Origin: an uncultured Gulosibacter sp.
GTDB lineage: Bacteria; Actinomycetota; Actinomycetes; Actinomycetales; Microbacteriaceae
DNA length: 64,000 nt
Reading direction: 5' to 3'
NCBI GenBank assembly: GCA_964599975.1
Contig: CAZRHP010000002.1
Span: 16,494-80,493 of the forward strand
Positions 50,255-59,011 of the stretch are shown piece after piece. The position numbers and the translations under genes are program-made. The notes beneath the pieces are model-generated. The model saw only the letters and a program-made list of their open reading frames with translations, had not been told where the DNA came from and ran no database searches. Within the stretch, counting starts at the first letter, position 1. Each line of letters begins with the position of its first letter.

Positions 50255-50479
50255 ATGCGCATCGGAGTTCACGCGAAACCGGGGAGTTCCAAGGGGCCGT
50301 TGGTTGAACAGGCTGACGACGGAACCTTCACCGTTTTCTTGCGTGCGCGTGCCGTGGATGGTGCAGCGAACGAGGCTCTGATCGAGGCACTTGCGGCACA
50401 TTTCGGTGTTCGTCGATCCGCGGTGACGATTGCCCGCGGGCATTCGTCTAGGCACAAAATCGTCGACATAGATACATAG
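50255..50479 (+). CDS. DUF167 (YggU-like) protein
   Basis: MRIGVHAKPGSSKG...VDGAANEALIEALA...V.IARGHSSRHK pattern. Start is ATG 50255. Confidence 0.8.
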   Translation: MRIGVHAKPGSSKGPLVEQADDGTFTVFLRARAVDGAANEALIEALAAHFGVRRSAVTIARGHSSRHKIVDIDT

Positions 50480-50524
50480 AAAAGTGGGCCGAGGTGCGCG
50501 CCCCGACCCACTCCCCTGTGCTGG

Positions 50525-52009
50525 TTACTGTTCGGCGCCCGACAGTTTGGCTGGTGACAGTGCGGCGTCGACGTCGGATTCGGTCATGAGACCTGCGCCG
50601 ACCACGAGTTCGCGGATGGGTGCACCGGTCTTCAACGCCTGCTTCGCCAGTTCGGCGGCCTGCTGGTAGCCGATAACGGGGATCAGGGCGGTGATGACGC
50701 CGACGCTCGATGCCACCATGGCAGCGAGGCGGTCTTCGTTTGCGGTGATGCCGTCAATGCAGTTCACGCGCAGTGTGCGGCATGCGTTCGTCATCCACGC
50801 CAGCGACTGCAGAATTGACGAGGCGATTACGGGTTCGAATGCGTTGAGCTGCAGTTGCCCAGCCTCGGCCGCGGCGGTCACCGTGGCGTCAGCTCCGATG
50901 ATGCTGAATGCCACCTGGTTGACGACTTCGGGGATGACGGGGTTGACCTTGCCCGGCATGATCGACGAGCCGGCCTGCATAGGGGGCAAGTTGATTTCGT
51001 TGAATCCGGCCTGGGGGCCGCTCGACAGCAACCGCAGGTCGTTACAGATTTTGGACAGTTTGACGGCCGCACGCTTCAGCTGACCGGACACGGTCATAAA
51101 GATTCCGGCGTCGCTGGTGGCTTCGATCAGGTCGGCGGCGGTTTCGATGGGAAGTCCGGTGACCGCACCGAGGTGACGGTTGACGGCCGCAGCGTATCCA
51201 GGGTCGGCGGTAATTCCGGTGCCGATTGCGGTGGCCCCCATGTTGGTTTCACACAGCCAGGGGATGATTTCCGAGAGGCGGTCTTGGTCTTCGCGCAGCG
51301 TGGTCGAGAACCCGTTGAATTCTTGACCCAATGTCATGGGCACGGCGTCTTGCATTTGGGTGCGGCCGACCTTGACGATGTTGGCGAATTCGGCGCCCTT
51401 GGATTCGAACGAGTTGGCCAGTCGCAGGTGTTCTTTCAGCAGTCGCTGAATTCCGAACACCATGGCGAGCTTGATCGAGGTGGGGTAGGTGTCGTTGGTT
51501 GACTGGCTGCGGTTGACGTCGTCGATGGGGTGCAGGTATTGGTATTCGCCCTTGTTGTGCCCCATTTTTTCGAGGCAACGGTTGGCGATGATTTCGTTGG
51601 TCGACATGTTGGTCGAGGTGCCGGCGCCGCCCTGAAGTACGCCGAGAACGAATTCTTCGTGCAGCATTCCGCCGATAATTTCGTTGCAAACTTCGACAAT
51701 CAGGTCGGCTTTTTCGGGTGCGAGCACACCGATTTCTTTGTTTGCGAGCGCGGCGGCCTGTTTGACTCGGGCCAGCGCCACGATCAGGTCGGGGTAGTTC
51801 GACAGTGCGCGGCGGGTGATGGGGAAGTTTTGCAGTGCACGTGCCGTGTGGATTCCCCAGTAGGCGTTGGCGGGGATGTCCATTTCGCCGAGAGAGTCTT
51901 TTTCGCGGCGGGTGGGTCCGTCATAGTTTCCGCCGGCTCCGACGGTGAAGACGGGAACACCGTCATCGCTTTTCACAAATGAGGGACCTGGACCTGTTGT
52001 GTGCACCAT
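50525..52009 (-). CDS. aspA: aspartate ammonia-lyase
   Basis: Signature GSSIMPGKVNPVIPEVVNQV (AspA-type rather than FumC-type). Start is ATG 52009. Confidence 0.9.
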   Translation of the reverse strand: MVHTTGPGPSFVKSDDGVPVFTVGAGGNYDGPTRREKDSLGEMDIPANAYWGIHTARALQNFPITRRALSNYPDLIVALARVKQAAALANKEIGVLAPEKADLIVEVCNEIIGGMLHEEFVLGVLQGGAGTSTNMSTNEIIANRCLEKMGHNKGEYQYLHPIDDVNRSQSTNDTYPTSIKLAMVFGIQRLLKEHLRLANSFESKGAEFANIVKVGRTQMQDAVPMTLGQEFNGFSTTLREDQDRLSEIIPWLCETNMGATAIGTGITADPGYAAAVNRHLGAVTGLPIETAADLIEATSDAGIFMTVSGQLKRAAVKLSKICNDLRLLSSGPQAGFNEINLPPMQAGSSIMPGKVNPVIPEVVNQVAFSIIGADATVTAAAEAGQLQLNAFEPVIASSILQSLAWMTNACRTLRVNCIDGITANEDRLAAMVASSVGVITALIPVIGYQQAAELAKQALKTGAPIRELVVGAGLMTESDVDAALSPAKLSGAEQ

Positions 52010-52184
52010 GCGGAACACCTTTCTGGCGTCATTGCCAATCGGATATTTCAAGGCTACCGCGAACGTTCGCATGCAAACGGTTGCGGCGTGCTGTTGTGAA
52101 AACTTTTGCTTCGTGGCGGGTCCGCGCACAATAAAACTGCTTGAATCACCGCTCGCGCAGTTTCTGTGCACGGTCCTCTAATGT

Positions 52185-54104
52185 TTAGGCGGCGAAGTCG
52201 TCGTGGTCGGAAATTTTGGACAGCTCGAAGTACCCGTCTCGGCACCGCCAGTAGTGCAGCCGCTTGGCTTGGGCCACTCCGTTTTCGAGGTGAACCCGCC
52301 AGCATGCGTCACCATTTTGGCGCGTGAGTTCGGGGGCTGTGGCGGCGATACTTTCGCGAAGCGGGTGTTCCACGTTGATGTTGTCTCGGGCGTTGCGCCG
52401 GGTGACGATGTTCACGAGGACGCGCAGAGCTTTGCGTTGTTCGCCGTGATCAAGTGCGGCGAAGCTGTCGGCGAAGCCGGGTGCCATCGTCCATTTTTCG
52501 GTTTCCAGGTTGTGTTGTTCCCTGTCGGCAGGGGTGTAGACCGACAGCCAGGTGCGCCGCATTTCTTCGCGCACCCATTCCTCGGCGGTCGCGAATCGTC
52601 CGCGTCGGCTTTCGATGGTCGACGTTTCGCGACCTTTTTCGTTGGCCTGGTGACGGACCGCTGACAGTTTGGCGCGCAATTCTTTGCGTTCCGCGGTCAT
52701 CAATCGAATTGTGTCTTGCGCGGTCGTGAGTTCGGCTACTGCCGCACGGTGCTGCGACAGTATCGATTCAAGTTTTTGCTTGTTGGCGACTGATTCCAGT
52801 CGCAGTTGCTTCATCGCATATTGATTGAGATGGAATTGGTCGGCACGAATGCCGCCCGCAACTGTCGAGGGTTGCGTGACTTCGGGGGTGGATGCGGTCG
52901 GGACTGTGACCTTGCCAGGTCCCGGCATCGGGGTGACCCGCGCAACAGGGCCCGGTAACGCCGCACCTCCGCCAGGGAACGAACCCGGCACGGTTCCCGC
53001 ACCGGCGTCGGATTCGCCGGTGACCGCGGTGGCGGCGGTCAGCATCGAGTCGATATCGACTGCAGCACCCAACTGTGTGATGTCGTCATCAAACTTGGAC
53101 GAATCGGCCGCAGCTCGCAAGGATGTCTCGATGTCTTCGAGAATGCGGTCCAGGATTGCGTTGTGTTCCTGTTCCAGCCAGGGGCGTCCGCCGGGCACCA
53201 ACGAAATCGCAGGCAATGTTTCTTCTGCGTCATCGATGTCATCGAGACGCAGTCGGGTGCGGCCTTGAGCGTCGCGATAGACACGCACCCGAACGATATC
53301 GTCGACGCTGAACAGTTTGTCGATGACGTCCAGGGGGTTGCTGGTGATTTCCGCCTTGGTCACCACGATCGGCAGCCCAGGGTGCACCACCACGGTTGCT
53401 TCTTGGCGGCTGACTGCGGTAAACATTGCCAGGGTCACAGAACCAAATGGGTACCGATCCGAAAGGTCATCCAAGGTCCAGTCGGATTTGTCGAGAATGA
53501 AATTGCGGGACTCGGGGTCCCACACACCGGTCACGACCTGTCCGACGGACAGGTACCAACTCAGCGGAACGCCGGGGTACGTTGTCGTTTCGAGCAACGA
53601 CATGAACTGCGGAAGCGAGGCGCCACGCACGGGTTCGGGCTGCAACATGGCACTGCCGGCAAACATTTGCTTGACCACGCAGGTAACCCGCACAGCGGAT
53701 TCCGAGGGGCGGTCGAACAGTCCGGATTTGTAGGCCATGGTGCGCGCTTCGCCGATGACTCGACTGGTGGCACGCCGAATGCCGTTCGGGGTGTCGACCT
53801 GGGGTGCGAAACTGACCGCGAAACCAGAGTCGCCCAGCGACACCGCACCAAAAATTGCGGCCAAACCAGATCCGGAGCCCAGGTTGCGGTCGACCGCTGT
53901 TTCTAAGGCGGCGACCAAGGCGGCGTGGTCGCACGAATACACGACGGCGTTACGCCCCAGTTCGTCGACGAGGAACGGGATATCGAAGCTAAAGCCATGC
54001 TCGCCAGCGGTGATCACAATGATGGGCGCGATTCGAGAGGTATCGGCGATGTGCTGCGCAATCGCGTGGACTTGATCCAGTGTGATGATGCGGATCGATG
54101 ACAT
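52185..54104 (-). CDS. large hypothetical multidomain protein (S1/OB-like segments, coiled coil, RelE/ParE-like C-terminus)
   Basis: Long ORF with native codon usage. ATG 54104 is preceded by GAGAGGGG. The domain guesses come from motif order only (see findings). Confidence 0.7.
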   Translation of the reverse strand: MSSIRIITLDQVHAIAQHIADTSRIAPIIVITAGEHGFSFDIPFLVDELGRNAVVYSCDHAALVAALETAVDRNLGSGSGLAAIFGAVSLGDSGFAVSFAPQVDTPNGIRRATSRVIGEARTMAYKSGLFDRPSESAVRVTCVVKQMFAGSAMLQPEPVRGASLPQFMSLLETTTYPGVPLSWYLSVGQVVTGVWDPESRNFILDKSDWTLDDLSDRYPFGSVTLAMFTAVSRQEATVVVHPGLPIVVTKAEITSNPLDVIDKLFSVDDIVRVRVYRDAQGRTRLRLDDIDDAEETLPAISLVPGGRPWLEQEHNAILDRILEDIETSLRAAADSSKFDDDITQLGAAVDIDSMLTAATAVTGESDAGAGTVPGSFPGGGAALPGPVARVTPMPGPGKVTVPTASTPEVTQPSTVAGGIRADQFHLNQYAMKQLRLESVANKQKLESILSQHRAAVAELTTAQDTIRLMTAERKELRAKLSAVRHQANEKGRETSTIESRRGRFATAEEWVREEMRRTWLSVYTPADREQHNLETEKWTMAPGFADSFAALDHGEQRKALRVLVNIVTRRNARDNINVEHPLRESIAATAPELTRQNGDACWRVHLENGVAQAKRLHYWRCRDGYFELSKISDHDDFAA

Positions 54105-54208
54105 GAAACCCCTCTCGTTTCCTTGAGGATAAATCTGACCACCGACATGAAACCCGGCCACGGCACACAACCACCGTCAACCGCCTATCCTGAAACAAGG
54201 AGGTCAAC

Positions 54209-54466
54209 ATGACTGTAGAAATGTACGGCGCCGGATGGTGCGGAGACTGTGTTCGAGCAAAGATGCTCTTGGAACACCACAACGTCGACTATGTGTGGCA
54301 CGACACCGATGCCGACGAGACGAACCGTGAACGCGCCCAGGCAATCAGTGGATTGCCCAAAATTCCCGTGATCACGTTCCCTGACGGTTCGTGGTTGTCC
54401 GAGCCCTCGAACCCGGCGCTGGTCGAACGCCTTGGGGCTATCGGCCTTCTGCCGGGCACCGAGTAA
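54209..54466 (+). CDS. mycoredoxin/glutaredoxin-like protein
   Basis: 85 aa with WCGDC active site and the IPVITFPDGSWLSEPS cis-Pro region, like mycoredoxin-1. AAGGAGG RBS. Confidence 0.8.
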   Translation: MTVEMYGAGWCGDCVRAKMLLEHHNVDYVWHDTDADETNRERAQAISGLPKIPVITFPDGSWLSEPSNPALVERLGAIGLLPGTE

Positions 54467-54948
54467 TGGCGAAATGGGTGGGAACGCATCCCACGTTTGT
54501 CAACAAAACTGACCTGTCGGCAATCGTTGTGAACGCCGTCAGTGACCTGACCGGTGTTTTCGCCGCCAGCCTCGAGGGTGTTTCTGTCGCTATGGACGGC
54601 ATCGACATCACCGAGCTGCGCGACCTGTCGCTGATGCGGTGGAACACTGCGTATGTGGTGAACCTGGATGCTCACGACGGAGGTGCCGACGTGGTTGTGA
54701 CGGCAGGGTTGGAAGACACCGTGCAGCAGGCAGTGAATTCGGCGTTCGTTGGGTGGGTTATCGGACAATCGGATGCGATTGAGGCTCCCCGCGGGGTTCG
54801 AGCAATCACCGTGTCGTTGCGCGCAGACCTGTTCCACGACGTCGATTCGGACGCTTTGACTTCGGGCGCGACGGACAAGGTCATGCCGGCATTGCGCCAG
54901 CTGGCCGAAAACCTGTCGACCCACTATTTCACGCAGGTACGCCGCTAG
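54466..54948 (+). CDS. hypothetical protein (160 aa), translationally coupled to the redoxin gene
   Basis: TAATG stop/start overlap at 54464-54468. No motif I recognise. Confidence 0.6.
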   Translation: MAKWVGTHPTFVNKTDLSAIVVNAVSDLTGVFAASLEGVSVAMDGIDITELRDLSLMRWNTAYVVNLDAHDGGADVVVTAGLEDTVQQAVNSAFVGWVIGQSDAIEAPRGVRAITVSLRADLFHDVDSDALTSGATDKVMPALRQLAENLSTHYFTQVRR

Positions 54949-54960
54949 GCGCCCCGAACT

Positions 54961-55005
54961 ACAGTTCGACCCGAGGCCTGCACTGCGAGCCTCGGGTCGA
55001 ACTGT
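54961..55005. terminator. bidirectional 17-bp hairpin between convergent genes
   Basis: ACAGTTCGACCCGAGGC (54961-54977) pairs perfectly with GCCTCGGGTCGAACTGT (54989-55005). Confidence 0.6.
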
Positions 55006-55022
55006 GTGCGCACAACTGGGTT

Positions 55023-57161
55023 TTATGAAACCCGGTTGAACTCCAACACAAACGCTGTCTCGGGGTCGATGATCGGCGGACGCAATCCGACGGTCTGCAA
55101 CAGTTCGCCGGTCAGCTGGAACGAACCATCCGCTGCGGCCGCCCACCAGCCCGGCAGTGCGCGCGAGACGTGGCTGGGTCCGCCCGCGAATTCGACGCGG
55201 GTGACCGTGTACACGCCGGCGGGGTCGAGTCCAGGAATGCGCAGGGCGTCGGGGGTCGAACCACCGGTGGTGTCGAGCAGAACATAGGCAAAAATCGCAC
55301 GGTCGCGATCGTGCGACACGACCCCGTGCACGTACGCCGCCTCGTCCGAATGGTCGACGCGCACAGTGCGACCGCCGTGCAGCAGCCCGCGGTTGGCCTT
55401 GTAATAGTCGGCCCATTGTGTCAGTGCGGCGCGTTCGTCGTCGCTGGTCTCGGTGAGGTTCCATTCCAGCCCCGCATGGCCAAACAGCGCGGTCGTGGCG
55501 CGGAACGACAGCGAGTGCGTGCGGTGGGTGGTGTGTGCGCGGTGCGGTCCGATGTGGGTGCCGAGCATCTCGGGCGGAATTGCGTACTGCGTGTACCGCT
55601 GGATGGATTGGCGTTCCAGCGCGTCGTTGCAGTCGCTGCTCCAGAAACGGTCGGCGTGGAATGTCATGCCCAGGTCGATGCGGCCGCCACCTGATGCACA
55701 GGATTCGATTTCGAGCCCCGGGTGACGTCGTTTGAGTTCGTCAAACAGGCGGTAAATCGCCTCGGTTTGGGCACGCACCGCGGCGCGGCCCAGGTGGCCG
55801 GGCTCGATGAGCACCATGTTGTGATCCCATTTGATGTAGCGAATATTGTGTGCGCTGAGCACGGCATCGACCTGGCCCAGAACGTGATCAAACGCACCGG
55901 GGTGGGTGATGTCCAACACGTGTTGACCGCGACCCATGATGGGTGTGCGGTCGGCCATGTGCAGAATCCATTCGAGGTGCTCGCGGTACAGATCCGAGTC
56001 GGGCTGCACCATTTCGCCTTCGAACCACAGGCCAAATTCCATGCCGTGGTCGTTCACCATGTCGATCAGGGGGTCCAGTCCGTCGGGCCACGCCTCGGAC
56101 GAGACAACCCAGTCGCCCAACCCTGCGGTGTCGTCGCGGCGGGCACCAAACCAGCCGTCGTCGAGCACGAACCGCTCCACTCCGATTTCCGCTGCGACCT
56201 CGGCGAGGCGTGTCAGCTGTTCCAGGTCGTGGTCGAAATAGACGGCCTCCCACACGTTCAGGGTCAGCGGGCGGGGGCGCAGCGCGGTGGGGTGTTCGTC
56301 GCGTGATCGCAACCAGGTGTGGTGGGCGTGAGTGATGCCGTCGAAACCGTCGGCAGAATACGCCGCAGCAACACCGGGCGCTGCATAGGTTTCACCCGGT
56401 GCGAGGATTACCTCGCCGGGCAGCAACAGTTCGCCGGCACCGATGGATTGGCGGCCTGTCGGAGTTTTTTCGGCGATGTGGCGGGTGTTGCCCGACCACA
56501 TGACACCCCACGACCATGCCTCGCCCGAGTTGTGGGAGGTGGTGGCGGTGTGGGCGATGCTGATGATGCTGTGATCGTGACCGCTGCGACCTTCGCGGCT
56601 TTCCCGCACCCACTCGCCGACACGAATTTCGTGGCGCTGGGGCTGGCGTTCTTTTGTCCATCGGCCGGTGAAATCCAAGACTGCAGACGCACGGTCGGGC
56701 AACGGCAACCAGGTGGTGAGTTCGTTCAGCGTGTAGTCGGAATCACCGCGGTTGGTGAGGGCGTGGTCGATGACCAGCACACCGCCGGGCTGCAGGCTAA
56801 AGGTGACGGTCGCCGCCAGTCGGGCCTGTTGGTCGGCTGCTTCGAGGCGGATGCTGGTGTCGGTGGCCACAACGTCAGTGACACGGAACAGTGGTGACCA
56901 GTCGAGCCCGCCGCGGTGGCCATCGAGCGCGGGACGGCCCAGGTAACCGCGCGAGTTCTCGCGCCAGATGCCCTGGCGGGGGCTGACGTCGGACAGTCCG
57001 TGGGGCACGCCCTCGACCGTCGCATCGCGCAGCGCAGCCAACACGCCAACACTGTCACTGGCACCCGAAATTTCCGCACCCCAATAAAGGACCTCGGGGA
57101 TTCCGTCGGTGATATCGATGATCAGCGAGACGGCACCTGAACGAATGTGGTGGGTGGTCAT
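55023..57161 (-). CDS. alpha-galactosidase (GH36)
   Basis: 712 aa with FVLDDGWF, YIKWDHN and ESCASGGGRID motifs typical of GH36 melibiases. Confidence 0.9.
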   Translation of the reverse strand: MTTHHIRSGAVSLIIDITDGIPEVLYWGAEISGASDSVGVLAALRDATVEGVPHGLSDVSPRQGIWRENSRGYLGRPALDGHRGGLDWSPLFRVTDVVATDTSIRLEAADQQARLAATVTFSLQPGGVLVIDHALTNRGDSDYTLNELTTWLPLPDRASAVLDFTGRWTKERQPQRHEIRVGEWVRESREGRSGHDHSIISIAHTATTSHNSGEAWSWGVMWSGNTRHIAEKTPTGRQSIGAGELLLPGEVILAPGETYAAPGVAAAYSADGFDGITHAHHTWLRSRDEHPTALRPRPLTLNVWEAVYFDHDLEQLTRLAEVAAEIGVERFVLDDGWFGARRDDTAGLGDWVVSSEAWPDGLDPLIDMVNDHGMEFGLWFEGEMVQPDSDLYREHLEWILHMADRTPIMGRGQHVLDITHPGAFDHVLGQVDAVLSAHNIRYIKWDHNMVLIEPGHLGRAAVRAQTEAIYRLFDELKRRHPGLEIESCASGGGRIDLGMTFHADRFWSSDCNDALERQSIQRYTQYAIPPEMLGTHIGPHRAHTTHRTHSLSFRATTALFGHAGLEWNLTETSDDERAALTQWADYYKANRGLLHGGRTVRVDHSDEAAYVHGVVSHDRDRAIFAYVLLDTTGGSTPDALRIPGLDPAGVYTVTRVEFAGGPSHVSRALPGWWAAAADGSFQLTGELLQTVGLRPPIIDPETAFVLEFNRVS

Positions 57162-57251
57162 GTTGCCTCCGGATACGAGTAGCGGCGTCCACCAAATCTA
57201 TCGGGGAACGCCGCCAGCCGTTGAGCAAGTTATGCGCAGATTATGCGGTAT

Positions 57252-58157
57252 TTACCAAAGCCCGATGTTCGCATGTGCTTCCTGCAATCTGGGTGAGGCA
57301 ATCTCGCACAAGTAGTCGGAATTAAGATCAAATCCGACGAACTTTCTTCCGTGTTTTAGCGCAGCAACACCGGTTGTCCCAGAGCCATTGAACGGGTCAA
57401 GCACAATCTGTCCGGGGAGGCTACTCGACAAGACAATTCGCTCCAACAACGAAACAGGCTTCTGAGTGGGGTGCCTCCCAAATTTTTTCTCAGTGAGAGC
57501 AGGCGGCGCGCCGACCCACAAATCTTGGTCAACCTCCACGCCCCAGACCGAGCGCATCTGCTTCCCTTCACGCTTGAAAATGTCCGAAGGCCAATCCCCT
57601 GAGCGCATATCTTCGTAATTAAAAACGTGTTTTGACGATGGACTCTTCGATGCCCAAATCAGAGTCTCATGGCTTGCCGTGAAATTTCTACGCCCGAGAT
57701 TTGGTGCGGCGTTTGGCTTGAACCACGCAACGTCATTGAGAATTCGGAACCCCTCAAGTTGCAATGCAAATCCACATGCATATATCGAGTGATATGTTCC
57801 GCTGACCCAAATGGTGCCGTTGGTCGACAAGACACGTCGGCATGCACTAATCCATCGACGATGGAATTCGAAATCGAGCTCTAGCCCTTGGCTAACGTCC
57901 CAATCTCCTTTATCGACGGAGACTTGTTTTCCCCCGCTGACGGTGATTCCACCATTACTTAGAAAATATGGCGGATCCGCGAATATGAGATCAACTGAAC
58001 CTTCTGGCATACCTGCAAGGAGGTCGATTGAATCCCCATGGAAAAGCGCTGCGTTAGGCAAGTCAAGAATTGCCTTCGCGTCTACGAGTTCAGAGACGGA
58101 TAACATATGAGGAAGCCTATCGGCCATGCCCGACAAGCTTAATTTTGAGAGGCTCAT
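57252..58157 (-). CDS. dpnA: beta-class N6-adenine DNA methyltransferase, M2.DpnII (DpnA)-like
   Basis: IFADPPYFLSNGGI.VSGG..VSVDKGDWD, HPTQKP and DPFNGSGTTG closely follow my memory of S. pneumoniae DpnA. Low-GC gene. Alternative starts at 58127 and 58106. Confidence 0.88.
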   Translation of the reverse strand: MSLSKLSLSGMADRLPHMLSVSELVDAKAILDLPNAALFHGDSIDLLAGMPEGSVDLIFADPPYFLSNGGITVSGGKQVSVDKGDWDVSQGLELDFEFHRRWISACRRVLSTNGTIWVSGTYHSIYACGFALQLEGFRILNDVAWFKPNAAPNLGRRNFTASHETLIWASKSPSSKHVFNYEDMRSGDWPSDIFKREGKQMRSVWGVEVDQDLWVGAPPALTEKKFGRHPTQKPVSLLERIVLSSSLPGQIVLDPFNGSGTTGVAALKHGRKFVGFDLNSDYLCEIASPRLQEAHANIGLW

Positions 58158-58162
58158 GACAT

Positions 58163-59002
58163 TTGAACACTAACCAGCCGCGTCCGGTGCTCAAATGGGC
58201 AGGTGGAAAATCACAACTGTTACCTCAGCTTCTCGAAAGGTTACCGAATTTCACAGGCAGGTATCACGAGCCATTCATTGGCGGGGGCGCCCTGTTCTTC
58301 GAATTAAATTTAACGTCGTCACGTATATCTGATCTAAACCCTCGACTAATTGGCATGTACCGCACGATACGCGATTTGCCAGTGGAGCTTGGTGATGCAC
58401 TCAGAAGCTTCGAAAACACTTTCAATTCCCTGGACCCTGACGGCCAATCCGAGCTCTATTATTCGACGCGACTCGCGTTCAACGCCCGACATGCAAGCCC
58501 GTTAGAGGAAGCTGCACAGTTCATTTTCTTGAACAAATCAGGATTTAATGGCCTCTTCAGGGAAAATTCTGCGGGAGATTTCAACGTCCCGTTTAGCCGG
58601 CGAACGAAACTAACTTTGTTCGATGAAGCCAACCTGACGGCCGTCTCAAATTTGCTTTTAAGCACCGAACTTGATGTGGCGACATTTGAACATGTGCTTG
58701 AACACGCAGGTGAGGGCGATTTTGTCTATTTCGATCCGCCTTATGTACCGATACCTGGAAGTCCTTCGTTCACCTCCTATCTACGTGGCGGGTTTGGGCC
58801 AGATATGCAAATACGCCTTAGCAAGGTTTTTGATGAACTAGATCGCAACGGTGTCCACGTGATGTTAAGCAATTCAAATACTGCGACGGTGAACGATCTT
58901 TTCAAAAAACATCGCATTGACGTTGTCAGAGCAAACCGCAACATCAGCTCTAACAGCAAAACGCGCACCCCTGTTGAAGAAGTTATAGTCACAAATTATT
59001 AA
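58163..59002 (+). CDS. dpnM: Dam-family (alpha-class) GATC N6-adenine DNA methyltransferase, M1.DpnII (DpnM)-like
   Basis: LKWAGGKSQLLPQL, EPFIGGGALFF, FNGLFRENS.G.FNVPF and FDPPYVP. TTG start at 58163 (alternative GTG 58187). Confidence 0.88.
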   Translation: MNTNQPRPVLKWAGGKSQLLPQLLERLPNFTGRYHEPFIGGGALFFELNLTSSRISDLNPRLIGMYRTIRDLPVELGDALRSFENTFNSLDPDGQSELYYSTRLAFNARHASPLEEAAQFIFLNKSGFNGLFRENSAGDFNVPFSRRTKLTLFDEANLTAVSNLLLSTELDVATFEHVLEHAGEGDFVYFDPPYVPIPGSPSFTSYLRGGFGPDMQIRLSKVFDELDRNGVHVMLSNSNTATVNDLFKKHRIDVVRANRNISSNSKTRTPVEEVIVTNY

Positions 59003-59011
59003 TGTGGGTAT

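Noticed and set aside
54289-55464. 391-aa minus-strand ORF spanning the mycoredoxin gene, the 160-aa gene, the terminator hairpin and the 3' end of the alpha-galactosidase gene.
   Set aside because: It is extremely Arg/Pro/Ser-rich and crosses a strong hairpin and three better-supported genes. It is a composition artefact.
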